Under the pieces are notes generated by a model, which was not told where the DNA came from, did not search any database, and saw only the letters and a list, made by a program, of their open reading frames with translations. This document shows positions 18,800 to 30,140 of a DNA stretch of 64,000 nucleotides, in pieces. The stretch covers positions 135,406 to 199,405 of the forward strand of contig CAWAGP010000001.1 of the NCBI GenBank assembly GCA_963781705.1. The letters are read 5' to 3'. Every line of letters begins with the position of its first letter. Position 1 is the stretch's first letter. The translations under genes were made by a program, and so were the position numbers. Source of the DNA: an uncultured Chloroflexia bacterium. GTDB lineage: Bacteria; Chloroflexota; Limnocylindria; Limnocylindrales; CSP1-4.

Positions 18800-21397
18800 A
18801 TGACCGATCGTCTGAGCCGGGCGCGTCCTGCCGAATCGGTTCAGACGCCTGCAGCGGCCGTGTCCCACGGCGCGGCGCCCGGCGGGACCTCCAACGGCGA
18901 CGGGGCACCGGAGCGGCACGCGTCCGCAAAATTGGCCGAAAATCTGCGCGTGCTCGGCCACTTGAGCGCCGAAGCCGTAGAGCAGATGCCGCTCGGCTTC
19001 GTGACCCTCGATGCCGACCTGCACGTCACCTTCGCCAACGCGGTAGCCCTTGAACTGCTCGGCATGGGTGAGGCCGAACTCGTTGGTCGACGCCCCTGGG
19101 ACCTGTTCCCACAGATCGTCGGGACGCGTTACCAGACGATCAGGGTTTCCGCACCGGTCGTCGTTGAGTACGAAGAGCAGATTGGTAACCGCGAACGGTG
19201 GGTCGGGGTCCTCGCCTGCCCGACACAGGCGGGGACGGCGGTCTTCCTGCGCGACATCACCGACAGGAAACGCGACCAGGAGACGGTCAGGCGCCTGGTG
19301 GCCCTCCTGCACGGCTCACTCGACGCGATGCTCGACGCCTTTCTGGTCTGCGCCGCGGTGCGCGACGATGACGGTCTGATTGTCGACTTCAAGGTCGAGT
19401 TCGCGAACAGCGTAGCCGGCGAGTTCCTTGGCCGCGCTCCCGACTCCCTGATCGGCGAGCTCATGCCAGAATGGGCACCTGTCCTAACCGGCGAGTCGTT
19501 CCTCGACGCGTGCCGAACGGTGGTCGAGACCGGGGAGCCTCGCACCGAGGAGAGCGCCGCCTACACGCTGACGGCCCGCGAAGGCATGCGCGTGAGTTCG
19601 AGCGGAAGGATCACAGTCCAGCTCCTTCGTTACAACGATGGGTTCTTCGCGACCTGGCGCGACGTTACAGAGCGGGACGCGGTGCGCCGCGAGCGCGAGC
19701 TACTGGCGGCGGTGCTCGAGCAGATGATCGACGGAGTGGTCATCATCGACGCGGCGGGCACGTTGACTTACGCGAATCCCGCGTTCCTGACGGGCGCCGG
19801 CCTGACCCCCAGGGACGCGATCGGCCAGCCGGCTGCCGACGTCGCGGGTGCACTCTTCGGGGCCCGCGCCTTCGCCCTGTTGGAGGAGGCAGCAGTGGCA
19901 GGTCGGCCGTGGCTCCAATCATTGGAACAGCCGGGCGCGGACGGCGGCCCTCGCCATCTCGAGATCAGCATGACGCCCGTGCGCGACGCTGATGCGAACG
20001 TCACCAGCTACGTCGTCTTGACCCGCGACGTCACGCAACTGCACGAAGCGGAGGCTGAACTGGCTCTGCAGGTCAGCGTGCGGACAGCGCTCAACGAGAG
20101 CGTCCACATGATCCCGTCCGAAGCGTCGCTGGAGGAGGCGGCCCAGGCGATCTGCGACGCGCTGGTCACGCTGCCGTTCGTCGGCATGGCGGCAATCCAG
20201 ATCTTCCTCGGGAGCGACCACGTGCAGATCCTCGCCCAGAGCGCCCCGCCCGGATACCCCAAGATGGCGGGCACCTACCTGACTCCGGGCACCGCGGCGC
20301 TGGTGCGCGAGCGTTCGGCGGGTGGTCCATGGGCCCGCTACGCCGAGGGCGACCCCGCCGACGGTGGATTACGGGACCTGGCCGTCCAGAGAGGCCTCAA
20401 GGCCCTCGCCTACGGGCCCATCTGGCGCGGCGATCACGTCGATGGGACGGTTGTCATCGGTACATTCGACGAGACGGTTGCCCGGATGGTCGTCGAGAAA
20501 ATGCCGGGTATCGTCTCGTTCGGCGCCACCTCGAGCGCGCTGCTGGCGGAGCGGATGCACTCGAGACATCGCCAGGCCGAGCTGCGCGATTCGCTGACCG
20601 CCGTGCTCGAAACGCACGCCTACCACCCGGTCTTTCAGGCGATCGTCGACCTCGATTCGAGTGAGGCCGTGGGCTATGAGGCGCTCACCCGCTTCGACTC
20701 GGGTCAGCCCCCGGACCTGTGTTTCGGCGACGCATGGGCCGTCGGCCTGGGGCCGGCATTCGAGTTCGCGACCCTCGAAGCGGCGGTGGCGGCCTCGCGG
20801 GGCCTGCCACCGGGTGCGTGGCTCGACCTCAATGTCACCCCGCGGCTACTCGTCGATGTCGGCCGACTCGGCGCCATCCTGCGGCAGGCAGAGCGACCGG
20901 TCGTGCTCGAGATCACCGAGCACGAGATAATCCAGGACTACGAGGTCGTGAGCGAGGCAATCCGCTCGCTGGGCAGGGACATCCGTGTCGCCGTTGACGA
21001 CGCAGGCGCCGGAGTCGCCAACTTCGGCCACATCATCGATATGCGACCGGACTTCGTGAAGCTCGATATCAGCCTCGTCCGGCGAGTCAACTCGAACCTG
21101 GGACGCCAGGCGATGGTGGTCGGCATGCGCCACTTCGCGCGCACCGCCGGCTGCCGCCTCGTGGCCGAGGGGATCGAGACTCTTGCCGAGGCCAGGACGC
21201 TGCGCGGCCTGGGCGTCGAATTCGGGCAGGGCTACCTGTTCGGCAAACCCGCCACGATCGACATGCTCGGCCAGGAAGAGATCGCCGCTCGAAAGAAAGC
21301 TGGACCGTTGCGACCAGTGCGAGTCAGTAGGGCCAGCTCCAGCCAGAAATCTCCGCAGCATCCTCGCCAAACTCGCGGGCATGCATCGACGCGGTGA
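18800..21397 (+). CDS. Multi-PAS/GAF sensor protein with C-terminal EAL (c-di-GMP phosphodiesterase) domain
   Basis: Repeated PAS-like segments. EAL motifs are EALTRF, DDAGAG and EGIET, ending [10 protein letters not shown] 18800 is preferred over TTG 18773. The 3' tail overlaps xfp by 74 nt in convergent orientation. Confidence 0.75.
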   Translation: MTDRLSRARPAESVQTPAAAVSHGAAPGGTSNGDGAPERHASAKLAENLRVLGHLSAEAVEQMPLGFVTLDADLHVTFANAVALELLGMGEAELVGRRPWDLFPQIVGTRYQTIRVSAPVVVEYEEQIGNRERWVGVLACPTQAGTAVFLRDITDRKRDQETVRRLVALLHGSLDAMLDAFLVCAAVRDDDGLIVDFKVEFANSVAGEFLGRAPDSLIGELMPEWAPVLTGESFLDACRTVVETGEPRTEESAAYTLTAREGMRVSSSGRITVQLLRYNDGFFATWRDVTERDAVRRERELLAAVLEQMIDGVVIIDAAGTLTYANPAFLTGAGLTPRDAIGQPAADVAGALFGARAFALLEEAAVAGRPWLQSLEQPGADGGPRHLEISMTPVRDADANVTSYVVLTRDVTQLHEAEAELALQVSVRTALNESVHMIPSEASLEEAAQAICDALVTLPFVGMAAIQIFLGSDHVQILAQSAPPGYPKMAGTYLTPGTAALVRERSAGGPWARYAEGDPADGGLRDLAVQRGLKALAYGPIWRGDHVDGTVVIGTFDETVARMVVEKMPGIVSFGATSSALLAERMHSRHRQAELRDSLTAVLETHAYHPVFQAIVDLDSSEAVGYEALTRFDSGQPPDLCFGDAWAVGLGPAFEFATLEAAVAASRGLPPGAWLDLNVTPRLLVDVGRLGAILRQAERPVVLEITEHEIIQDYEVVSEAIRSLGRDIRVAVDDAGAGVANFGHIIDMRPDFVKLDISLVRRVNSNLGRQAMVVGMRHFARTAGCRLVAEGIETLAEARTLRGLGVEFGQGYLFGKPATIDMLGQEEIAARKKAGPLRPVRVSRASSSQKSPQHPRQTRGHASTR

Positions 21398-23726
21398 GCC
21401 GGGCGTCGACCATCAGCTGGCGTATCTCCGCGGCGCGCTCGCCGAGGCCCGGGACGCGGTCGATCACGTCCATCACGATGTGGAAGCGGTCGATGTCGTT
21501 GCGCAGCGCCATGTCGAACGGCGTGGTGACCGTGCCCTCCTCCTTGTAGCCGCGCACATGGAGGTTGACGTGGTTGTGGCGGCGATAGGCCAGCCGGTGG
21601 ATGAGCCACGGATAACCGTGAAAGTTGAAGATGATCGGCTTGTCGACCGTGAACAGCGCGTCGAATTCGCGGTCGGGCAGGCCGTGTGGATGCTCGCTGT
21701 CGGGCTCGAGGCGCATCAGGTCGACGACGTTGATGAAGCGCACCTTCACGTCGGGCAGGTGTTGACGCAATAGGTCGGCCGCCGCCAGCGCCTCGCGAGT
21801 TGGGACGTCGCCGCAGCAGGCGAGCACGACATCCGGCTCGCCATCCGTGCTGCTCGCCCACGGCCAGATGCCCAGGCCGCGCGCGGCGTGCAGGACCGCC
21901 TCGTCCATGGGCAGGTAGTTGAGCTCCTTCTGCTTGCCGGCAACGATGACATTGACGTACTGGCGCGAGCGCAGGCAATGGTCGGCGACTGACAGCAGCG
22001 TATTTGCGTCGGGCGGCAGGTAGACGCGCACAACCTCCGCCTTCTTGTTGACCGCGACGTCGAGGAAGCCGGGGTCCTGATGCGAGAAACCGTTGTGGTC
22101 CTGGCGCCAGACGTGGCTCGACAGCAGGTAGTTGAGGGAGGCGATCGGCCGCCGCCACGGAATCTCGTTGCTGATCTTGAGCCACTTGGCGTGCTGGTTG
22201 AACATCGAGTCGATGATGTGAATGAACGCTTCGTAGCAGTCGAACAGCCCGTGCCGGCCGGTCAGCAGGTAACCCTCCAGCCAGCCTTCGCACAGATGCT
22301 CGGAGAGCACCTCCATCACGCGCCCCGTCGGTGCCTCGTGCTCATCGGTGGCCAGGTGCTCACCCAGAAACTGGCGATCGGTCGCCTCGAACACGGCCGA
22401 TAGCCGGTTGGAGTCGGTCTCGTCGGGACCGAACAACCGAAAGTTCGTGGGGTTGTCCCTGATCACGTCGCGCAACCAGCCGCCCAGCACGCGCGTCGCC
22501 TCAGAGAATGTGGTCGCCGGCTTGGGCACCTCGACGGCGTAATCGCGGAAGTCGGGCAGTTCCAGATCGCGTAGCAGCTGACCGCCGTTGGCATGGGGGT
22601 TGGCGCTCATGCGTCGGTTGCCCGTCGGCGCCAGCTCGGCCAGTTCAGGGATCAGCCGGCCCCCCTCGTCGAAGAGCTCCTGCGGGCGGTAGCTGCGCAG
22701 CCACTCTTCGAGCAACGCCAGGTGGCCAGGATTGCCGCGAATGTCGGCGATCGGCACCTGGTGCGCGCGCCACGTGCCCTCGATCTTCTTGCCGTCAACT
22801 TCCTTGGGCCCGGTCCAGCCCTTGGGCGAGCGGAGAACGATCATCGGCCAGGTCGGCCGTTCCGCGGTGCTGCCGTGGTCGTCGCCGGCACGCGCGCGGC
22901 GCTGGATCGCCGCGATCTCATCGAGTACCTCGTCGAGTGCCGCGGCGTACTGGCGATGCATCGTGGCCGGATCGTGTCCGGAGACGAAGTAGGGCTTGTA
23001 GCCGTAGCCCTCGAGCAGCTCGCGCAGCTCGTCCTCCGGTATGCGCGCGAGGATCGTCGGGTTGGCGATCTTGTAGCCGTTCAGGTGCAGGATGGGCAGA
23101 ACCGCGCCGTCATTGACCGGGTTGAGGAACTTGTCCGAGTGCCAGCTGGCGGCCAGCGCCCCGGTCTCGGCCTCGCCATCGCCGATGACGCAGAAGACCA
23201 GCAGGCCGGGGTTGTCGAAGGCGGCACCGTAGGCGTGCGTGAGTGAGTAACCCAGCTCGCCACCCTCGTTGATCGAGCCGGGCACTTCCGGCGTGCAGTG
23301 GCTGCCGATGCCGCCCGGGAACGAGAACTCGCGGAACAGGTGCTTGATACCCGCCTCGTCCTGTCCGACCGCCGAATAGCGCTCCGACCAGGTGCCCTCG
23401 AGGTAGGCGTTGGCCACGGCTGCCGGCCCGCCGTGGCCGGGCCCCACGATCATGATCGCGTCGAGGTCGCGCGCCTTGATCGCCCGGTCCGCGTGCGCCC
23501 AGATGAAGTTCAGGCCGGGCGTCGTCCCCCAATGGCCGAGCAGGCGTGGCTTGATGTCCGCCGCCTCCAGTGGCCGGCGCAGCAGCGCGTTGTCGAGCAG
23601 GTAGATCTGGCCCACCGACAGGTAGTTGGCTGCCCGCCAGTAAGCGTCGAGCAGCTCCAGCTCACGCTCGTCGAGGGGTTCCCGTGGCGCGTGCGCGTCT
23701 CTGGCTGCGGTACTCACGGCGGTCAC
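21324..23726 (-). CDS. xfp: Phosphoketolase (xylulose-5-P/fructose-6-P phosphoketolase)
   Basis: Phosphoketolase signature EGGELGY. TPP motif IGDGEAETG. 800 aa. Confidence 0.9.
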   Translation of the reverse strand: MTAVSTAARDAHAPREPLDERELELLDAYWRAANYLSVGQIYLLDNALLRRPLEAADIKPRLLGHWGTTPGLNFIWAHADRAIKARDLDAIMIVGPGHGGPAAVANAYLEGTWSERYSAVGQDEAGIKHLFREFSFPGGIGSHCTPEVPGSINEGGELGYSLTHAYGAAFDNPGLLVFCVIGDGEAETGALAASWHSDKFLNPVNDGAVLPILHLNGYKIANPTILARIPEDELRELLEGYGYKPYFVSGHDPATMHRQYAAALDEVLDEIAAIQRRARAGDDHGSTAERPTWPMIVLRSPKGWTGPKEVDGKKIEGTWRAHQVPIADIRGNPGHLALLEEWLRSYRPQELFDEGGRLIPELAELAPTGNRRMSANPHANGGQLLRDLELPDFRDYAVEVPKPATTFSEATRVLGGWLRDVIRDNPTNFRLFGPDETDSNRLSAVFEATDRQFLGEHLATDEHEAPTGRVMEVLSEHLCEGWLEGYLLTGRHGLFDCYEAFIHIIDSMFNQHAKWLKISNEIPWRRPIASLNYLLSSHVWRQDHNGFSHQDPGFLDVAVNKKAEVVRVYLPPDANTLLSVADHCLRSRQYVNVIVAGKQKELNYLPMDEAVLHAARGLGIWPWASSTDGEPDVVLACCGDVPTREALAAADLLRQHLPDVKVRFINVVDLMRLEPDSEHPHGLPDREFDALFTVDKPIIFNFHGYPWLIHRLAYRRHNHVNLHVRGYKEEGTVTTPFDMALRNDIDRFHIVMDVIDRVPGLGERAAEIRQLMVDARLTASMHAREFGEDAAEISGWSWPY

Positions 23727-23752
23727 CTGGGTAGTGGTTTACGGCCCTCCGA

Positions 23753-24067
23753 TTATCTCTCCGCAGCCGCTTTGCCTCGACGTGAGGGAGGTCGACCGAA
23801 ATCGGCGACGAGAAACGCTGCGCCGGCCGGGATCAGGAACCAGCCGCCTTCCCATGCGGCCAGAAGGCAGCCGACGAGGAATGCCGAATCCCAGAGGACT
23901 CGCGCCCCGCCCGGCGGGACGAGGGTGGCCGCGGCGATCCGGAACCCAACGACGACGAACAACCACCCGCCGACAAACAGCACGTTATTGACGTCAGGCG
24001 CGACAGCAAAGACCAGCAGGGCGGCCGCGACCAGCACCCAGGCCAGCCGTCGAGCCCACCTTCCCAC
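23753..24067 (-). CDS. Possible small membrane protein (about 104 aa)
   Basis: Two or three hydrophobic helices. GTG start with no SD. Weak support. Confidence 0.25.
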   Translation of the reverse strand: MGRWARRLAWVLVAAALLVFAVAPDVNNVLFVGGWLFVVVGFRIAAATLVPPGGARVLWDSAFLVGCLLAAWEGGWFLIPAGAAFLVADFGRPPSRRGKAAAER

Positions 24068-24096
24068 GGTCGTGCCGGGGGCCGTGCCGGTCGTGC

Positions 24097-26868
24097 TCAG
24101 AGGCGCAATTCGGCGTAGGTGGTCGGGTCGCCCGGTTGCTCGGTGAGGGTGAAGCCGACTTCCTGGGCGGTCCGGCGCATGGCCATGTTGTGCGGCAGGA
24201 TCTCGGCATAGACGCGCTGCAGGCCCTCGTCGCGGGCGATGCCCACCAGCCGGCGGAGCAGCTCGGCACCCAGCCCGCGGTGCTGCCATGGATCGCCGAC
24301 AAGGACGGCGAATTCGCCCTCCGGCACGGCATGCGCCTTCGACAGCCGGCCGACGGCGACGATGCGCCGCCCCTCGGTCGGGTCCTGCTCCTCGGCGACC
24401 AGGGCGATCTCGCGGTCATAGTCGTTGAAGCAGACGCGCGTCAGCCGCTCGTGCGCCGTGCGCGCCGACAGGCCGAGGTGCTCGAAATAGCGGGAGTAGA
24501 CGGTCTCCTCGGTCAGCTGGGCGTGGAACTTGACCAGCAGCGGCTCGTCCTCCGGACGTATCGGGCGGATCAGGAAACTGGATCCGTCGCGCGCCGTCCA
24601 GCTGGCCACGTACTGCGTCGGGTAGGGCCGGATGGCCAGCCGCGGCAGGTCCGCGTCGGCGATCTCCGGCGGGTGGAGCACGATGCGTGCGTCGAGCGCG
24701 ATCAGCCGCTCGGGCGAGGCGAGCAGCGGGTTGATGTCGATCTCGGCGATGCGGCGCTGCTCGGCGACGAGCAGGCTGAAGCGGACGAGCAGCTCCTCGA
24801 GCGCCGCGGTATCGATCGGGCGCCGGCCGCGGATGCCGTGCAGCGCGCCGGAGATGATGGTGCGCTCGATCATGCGCCGGGCCAGCGTCGTCGTGAGCGG
24901 CGGCAGCGCCAGGGCGCGGTCGCGGAACAGCTCGACCAGCTGCCCGCCGGTGCCGAACAGCAGCACCGGTCCGAACTGCGGATCGGTCGACGAACCAACG
25001 ATCAGCTCGTAGCCGGTGTAGTTGATCATCGGCTGGACGGTGACGCCCTCGAACTGGTCGGCGCCGCGCTTCTCGGTGACCGCCTCCTGGATCGATTCGA
25101 AGGCCGCTCGGACGGCGGCGTCGTCGACCAGGTTGAGCTGCACGCCGCCGACGTCGGTCTTGTGGCTGATGGTGTGGCTGTACAGCTTGACGACCACGGG
25201 ATAGCCGATGTCGCGCGCTGCGGCCACCGCGGCGTCGGCGTCGCCCGCCACGCGCGTTTCGGTGATCGGCACGCCGTAGGCGGCGAGCACCTGCTTCGAC
25301 TCGACCTCGGTCAGCAACGTGCGGCCATCACGCAGTACTGCGGCGATCACTTCGGCCGCCTTGTCGCGATCGATGCCGGCGCCGTCCTGGGCGGCCAGCG
25401 TTGGCGTCTCGTACAGCAGCCGCACGCTTTCCGACGAGCGCCACAGGTAGTTGAACATGCGCGCGGCGGTGTCGGGGTAATCGAACGTTGGGATACCCGC
25501 GTCGCGCAGCGTGGCCGCGCCCTCCTGAATCTCCGCGCCGCCCATCCATGACGCGAGCACCGGCTTGCCGCTGATGTGCGCGTAGGGCACCAGCTCGCGC
25601 GCAGTGGCGCTGGGATCGGTCATCGCCTGCGGTGTCAGGACGACCAGCATGCCGTCCGCGGCGGGATCGGCAGCGGCGATCTCGAGCGCCTTGGCGTAGC
25701 GCTCGGGCGGGGCGTCGCCGATGATGTCGACCGGGTTGTTGTGGCTCCAGACGGACGGCAGCACCTCGTTGTAAGCCGCCATCGTCTGCTCCGACAGGGG
25801 CGTCAGGTGTCCGCCGCCGCCGACCAGCGCGTCGGTGGCCAGCACGCCCGGGCCGCCGGCATTGGTGACGATGGTCAGGTTCGGCCCCTTCGGCCGGGGC
25901 TGCTTGGCGAGCACCTCAGCGATGCCGAACAGGTCGTCGATGCGCTCCACGCGCAGAACGCCGACGCGCCGGAAGGCGGCCTCGAGGACCTCGTCGGAAC
26001 CGGTCAGCGAGCCGGTGTGCGAGGCCGCCGCCTTGGCCGCCTCGGCCGTGCGGCCGGGCTTGATGACCACGATCGGCTTGGTCAGGGCGACCTCGCGCGC
26101 GGCCGAGAGGAAGGCACGCGCGTCACCGATCGTCTCCATGTAGATCAGGATGCTCTTGGTGTTCGGGTCGTCGCCCAGGTAGTAGATGACGTCCCCCCAG
26201 CCGACATCGAGCATCGAGCCGAGCGACACGACAGAGCTGAAGCCGACGCCCTCGCGCGCGCTCCAGTCGAGCACCGCGGTCAGCAGCGCGCCGCTCTGCG
26301 ACACGAAGCCGACCGACCCTGCGCTGGCCATGCCTGCGGCGAAGGTGGCGTTCATGCCGCCGATGGGGTTCATGACGCCCAGGCAGTTGGGCCCGATGAC
26401 CCGGATGCGCGCCTCGCGCGCCTGGGCCAGGATGCGCCGCTCCAACTCCTCCCCTGCCGGCCCGATCTCGCGGAAGCCGGCCGAGATGATGATCACGCCC
26501 TTGACGCCCTTGGCGGCGCATTCGTCCATCACGGCCGGCACGCTGCCGGCCGGCGTCACGATTACGGCCAGTTCGACGGGCTGGTCGATCGCGGCCAGGC
26601 TGGCGTAGGCGCGCACGCCCAGGACGTTGGAACGATTCGGGTTGACTGGCAGCACGGTGCCGCCGAACGGGCTGCTGATCAGGTTCCAGAGCACCGTGCG
26701 GCCGACGCTGCCGCGCTTCTCGGTCGCGCCGATGACGGCCACCGAGGCCGGCCGGAAAAGCGGATCCAGCGGATGACGTGTGGCGCGCAACACATCGGAC
26801 GCCTTGTCCGGCGCGCTGCTCGTCTCGACCGGCTCGACCACGGTGGCAACCATAAACGTGTCTCCCAA
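24097..26868 (-). CDS. Pat-type protein: NDP-forming acyl-CoA synthetase-like domains fused to a C-terminal GNAT (protein lysine acetyltransferase / ADP-forming acetyl-CoA synthetase family)
   Basis: CoA-binding VAVIGAT. A succinyl-CoA-synthetase-like alpha/beta region. An ATP-grasp block. The C-terminal GNAT carries QHRGLG. The architecture matches Salmonella Pat. Confidence 0.8.
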   Translation of the reverse strand: MGDTFMVATVVEPVETSSAPDKASDVLRATRHPLDPLFRPASVAVIGATEKRGSVGRTVLWNLISSPFGGTVLPVNPNRSNVLGVRAYASLAAIDQPVELAVIVTPAGSVPAVMDECAAKGVKGVIIISAGFREIGPAGEELERRILAQAREARIRVIGPNCLGVMNPIGGMNATFAAGMASAGSVGFVSQSGALLTAVLDWSAREGVGFSSVVSLGSMLDVGWGDVIYYLGDDPNTKSILIYMETIGDARAFLSAAREVALTKPIVVIKPGRTAEAAKAAASHTGSLTGSDEVLEAAFRRVGVLRVERIDDLFGIAEVLAKQPRPKGPNLTIVTNAGGPGVLATDALVGGGGHLTPLSEQTMAAYNEVLPSVWSHNNPVDIIGDAPPERYAKALEIAAADPAADGMLVVLTPQAMTDPSATARELVPYAHISGKPVLASWMGGAEIQEGAATLRDAGIPTFDYPDTAARMFNYLWRSSESVRLLYETPTLAAQDGAGIDRDKAAEVIAAVLRDGRTLLTEVESKQVLAAYGVPITETRVAGDADAAVAAARDIGYPVVVKLYSHTISHKTDVGGVQLNLVDDAAVRAAFESIQEAVTEKRGADQFEGVTVQPMINYTGYELIVGSSTDPQFGPVLLFGTGGQLVELFRDRALALPPLTTTLARRMIERTIISGALHGIRGRRPIDTAALEELLVRFSLLVAEQRRIAEIDINPLLASPERLIALDARIVLHPPEIADADLPRLAIRPYPTQYVASWTARDGSSFLIRPIRPEDEPLLVKFHAQLTEETVYSRYFEHLGLSARTAHERLTRVCFNDYDREIALVAEEQDPTEGRRIVAVGRLSKAHAVPEGEFAVLVGDPWQHRGLGAELLRRLVGIARDEGLQRVYAEILPHNMAMRRTAQEVGFTLTEQPGDPTTYAELRL

Positions 26869-26878
26869 TTACGCAGCG

Positions 26879-27358
26879 CTACAGCGATGCGCGCAGCATC
26901 CAGCGTGTCTTCTCGTGGATGGTCATGCGGCGCACGGCAAGGTCCACGGTCACCGCGTCGGCGGCAGCCTCGGCGGCCTTGAGCACCATCGCCGCCGTCG
27001 CGATGACGGTGGTGTTGTCCTCGGCCAGCTGACGAACCATCTCCAGCGCGTCAGGCGGCTGATCCTCCTGCTCGGCCACGCTGGCCAACGCCAGGAACTG
27101 ACGCTGCGACGCAGGGGCCATCGGTCCCAGCGCGCGGATGCGTTCGGCGATCTCATCGACCGCCTCGCGCAGCTCCAGGTACTGCGTCTCGAACATCGTG
27201 TGCAGCTGGGCAAAGCGCGGGCCGGTTACGTTCCAGTGATAGCCCTGCGTCTTGACGTACAGGACAAACGTGTCGCCGAGCAGCCGTGACAGGGCGTTGG
27301 TCGTCGCCGTCGTCGGCGCCTGCTGAGTGGCGGGCTTGACAAGCAGATCAGTGGCCAT
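26879..27358 (-). CDS. dps: Dps (DNA-binding ferritin-like protein)
   Basis: 159-aa ferritin-like four-helix pattern. Perfect SD AAGGAGG upstream. Confidence 0.8.
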   Translation of the reverse strand: MATDLLVKPATQQAPTTATTNALSRLLGDTFVLYVKTQGYHWNVTGPRFAQLHTMFETQYLELREAVDEIAERIRALGPMAPASQRQFLALASVAEQEDQPPDALEMVRQLAEDNTTVIATAAMVLKAAEAAADAVTVDLAVRRMTIHEKTRWMLRASL

Positions 27359-27441
27359 GGTTACCTCCTTATGGGATCCCTTCGCAAGCGTGCCCGCCGC
27401 TGGGCGCCGGGCGTAGTGCCGAAGGGGCCTCTAGCGGAGAG

Positions 27442-28533
27442 TCATCTGGCCGTCTCTGGGACGTCACCGGTGAGCGGCCAGGCGCTGGTGATGGCAATGC
27501 CCAGCGCGTCACCAGTTGCGTGGCGCGGCATCCCCGGCCAGCGCGCCACAAGGTGCGTCTCGCCGGCCGTGAGCGTGTAGTCGGTGTGACTGCCACGAAA
27601 TCTGACCGAATCGACGACCACCGCCAGCGGCCCCTCCGGGGCGACCCACTCGGGCCGGACCATGACGCGACGTTCGCCGGCGGGAGCGTCGCTCCCCGGC
27701 AGGGCGAGATCGGCGAGCGGCATGCGCACGCCGTTGAAGATCAGTTCCGCACGCCCGTCGTCGCGCTCCAGCGCGGCATCCACGAATGCCGCAGGGCCTG
27801 TCAGGCGCGCCGCCCACTCGTCCACCGGCCGGGCATAGACGTCCGCCGGCGCGCCGGTCTGGATCACCCTTCCCGCGCGCAACAGGACCACCCGGTCGGC
27901 CAGCGCGAGCGCTTCCTCCACGTCGTGCGTGGCGATGATCGCGGCCGCGCTGTCGGAGTTTCGCCGGCGGGCGAGCTCGTCCTGCAACTCGGCCCTGAGC
28001 GCCGTATCGAGGTGAGCGGTCGGCTCGTCGAGCAGGTAGACGCGCGGTCGGCGGGCGAGCGCCCGCGCCAGCCCGACACGCTGCTGCTCGCCACCCGACA
28101 GTTGCGCCGGCCGCCGCGCGGCGAGATGGTCGACGCGCATCTGTTCGAGGAAGACGCGCGCCTGACGGCGCGCCTCGGCCGGCGATTGACGCTGGCGACG
28201 CAGCGGGTAGGCGACCGTTTCGAGCGCGTCGAGGTGCGGCCACAGGCCGTAGTGCTGGAAGACCATCGCCACCGGCCGGCGCTCGGGGGGCTCACCCTGG
28301 TCGACCGTCGCCACCCGCTGTCCGTCCAGCCAGACTTCACCGCCGGCCAGCGGCAGGAACCCGGCGATCGCGTACAGCAGCGTGGTCTTGCCCGAGCCGG
28401 ACGGGCCGAGCACGGCCACCGTTTCGGCCGGCGCGACCGTGAGGTCGACCGCATCGACAACGGGTGTGCCGTCATAGGCGACGCTCAACGCGCGGCATTC
28501 GACCGCCGGCGCGTCTTCCCTCAGCCGCGCCAT
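27442..28533 (-). CDS. Fe(III)/polyamine-type ABC transporter ATP-binding protein (FbpC/PotA-like)
   Basis: ATG at 28533. Walker A GPSGSGKT. Signature LSGGEQQR. A C-terminal TOBE-like domain. Confidence 0.85.
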   Translation of the reverse strand: MARLREDAPAVECRALSVAYDGTPVVDAVDLTVAPAETVAVLGPSGSGKTTLLYAIAGFLPLAGGEVWLDGQRVATVDQGEPPERRPVAMVFQHYGLWPHLDALETVAYPLRRQRQSPAEARRQARVFLEQMRVDHLAARRPAQLSGGEQQRVGLARALARRPRVYLLDEPTAHLDTALRAELQDELARRRNSDSAAAIIATHDVEEALALADRVVLLRAGRVIQTGAPADVYARPVDEWAARLTGPAAFVDAALERDDGRAELIFNGVRMPLADLALPGSDAPAGERRVMVRPEWVAPEGPLAVVVDSVRFRGSHTDYTLTAGETHLVARWPGMPRHATGDALGIAITSAWPLTGDVPETAR

Positions 28534-30140
28534 CGCGCACTCCCGAAAGCGGCGAGCCGGCCGGCGAGCGGCAGGCTGACGACCCCGACCAGGACGGTCA
28601 CCAGCACGGCCAGCGCCGCCGTCTGGGTGGGATCGCCGAGCTGCTGCAGGTTGAGCACCACGACCGCGAGCGTAGCCGTCGTCGGCCCATAGAGCAGGCT
28701 CGACATCGTCAACTCGTGCAGCGCAAACATGAACACCAATACGGCGCTGGCCACGAGCGACGGCCACAGCAGCGGCAGCAAGATCGTGCGCGCGGCGGTC
28801 AGCGCGTCGGCGCCCGAGGCGCGCGCCGCGCGGCCCAGGTCGTCCGCAATCGCATCGAGCGCGGCCGACAGCGGCCGGAACGCGAGCACCCAGAACTTGG
28901 CGAGGTAGGCGAGCAGGATGATCGTCAGCGTGTCGCGCACCAGCGGTCCGTAGGCGATCAGCACGGCGGCGCCCAGAGTCGAGCCGGGGATGGCGAAGCT
29001 GAGCCCGACCAGCGCGGCGGCCGCCCCTCGCCACCGGCCACGCACGGCGATCAGCCCGAGCACTGCCAGCAGCACGGCCCCGATCGCGGCGAGCGCACTC
29101 AGCAACAGGCTGTTGGTGACCGCGGTCAGGGTGTGGCCGTCGACCACGGCGCTGAAGTTGGCCAGCGTCCAGTTGTCGGGCGTCGGCGGCAGGCCGACTG
29201 CGCGCGTCAGCGCGGTCAGCACCAGCGCAACGAGCGGCACGACCACCGCCAGCACGACGAAGGCCCACGCCGACAGCGCCACAGCGAGAGTCGTTGCCCG
29301 GCCCGGCCGAGCGCGCGAAGCAGCGACCGGCCCGCCCGACACTCCCGAACGGCGCGCCGGCGGCGGTGCCAGCAGCCAGCCGGCGAGGGCGGTGGCGACG
29401 CTCGCCGCGATCGCCAGCAGCACCGCCAGGCCGATGGCGCGACCGAATGCGAGTGGGTCGGAGGAGAAGGCCAGATCACGGTAGATACGCGTCGTCATCG
29501 TCGTGAAGCCGGCCGGGATACCGAGCACTGCCGGCGCCCCGAAGGCGGTCACGCTGAGCACGAACGCGATCGCCGCGGCACCGCCGATGACCGGCCCGAG
29601 CAGCGGCAGGGTGACCGTCCGGAAGGCGGTCCACGCGCTCGCGCCGGAGGCGCGCGCGGCGCGCTCAAGATCGGGCTCCGCGCGCGAACTCAAGCCGGCG
29701 GCCACGATCAGGAAGACGAGCGGCGCGGCCTCTGCACCGAGCACCAGGCAGATGCCCAGCGGACCCTGCAGGCCGGGCAGTTGCAGGCCGGCCACCCGGT
29801 CGGACAGTCCGGCCGGCCCGTAGGCGCTCAGCCAGGCGATGCCCGACACGTAACCGGGCACGATCAATCCGACCAGCATGGCGATGCGCAGCAAGCGCCG
29901 GCCGAGGAAGTCGACGCGCTCGGTCAGCACCGCGAAGACCGTCCCCGCGAGAACGGCGATGAGCGTGCCCCCCAAACCGGTGAGAGCTGTGTTCATGATC
30001 TGCCCACCAGCCGTACCGAGCGTCGCCGTGAGCGCATCGAGGCCGACGTCCAGCGCGGTGCCGGCCAGCGCGCCGAGCGGCACGAGGACCAGCACGATGA
30101 CGGCCAGCGCGAGTCCGGCCAGCGCCGGCCGGCTACTCAC
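28521..30140 (-). CDS. Fe(III) ABC transporter permease (fused double TMD, FbpB-like)
   Basis: About 539 aa, two permease halves. The GTG start overlaps the SBP stop as GTGA. A 13-nt overlap with the ATPase start. Confidence 0.75.
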   Translation of the reverse strand: MSSRPALAGLALAVIVLVLVPLGALAGTALDVGLDALTATLGTAGGQIMNTALTGLGGTLIAVLAGTVFAVLTERVDFLGRRLLRIAMLVGLIVPGYVSGIAWLSAYGPAGLSDRVAGLQLPGLQGPLGICLVLGAEAAPLVFLIVAAGLSSRAEPDLERAARASGASAWTAFRTVTLPLLGPVIGGAAAIAFVLSVTAFGAPAVLGIPAGFTTMTTRIYRDLAFSSDPLAFGRAIGLAVLLAIAASVATALAGWLLAPPPARRSGVSGGPVAASRARPGRATTLAVALSAWAFVVLAVVVPLVALVLTALTRAVGLPPTPDNWTLANFSAVVDGHTLTAVTNSLLLSALAAIGAVLLAVLGLIAVRGRWRGAAAALVGLSFAIPGSTLGAAVLIAYGPLVRDTLTIILLAYLAKFWVLAFRPLSAALDAIADDLGRAARASGADALTAARTILLPLLWPSLVASAVLVFMFALHELTMSSLLYGPTTATLAVVVLNLQQLGDPTQTAALAVLVTVLVGVVSLPLAGRLAAFGSARWRG

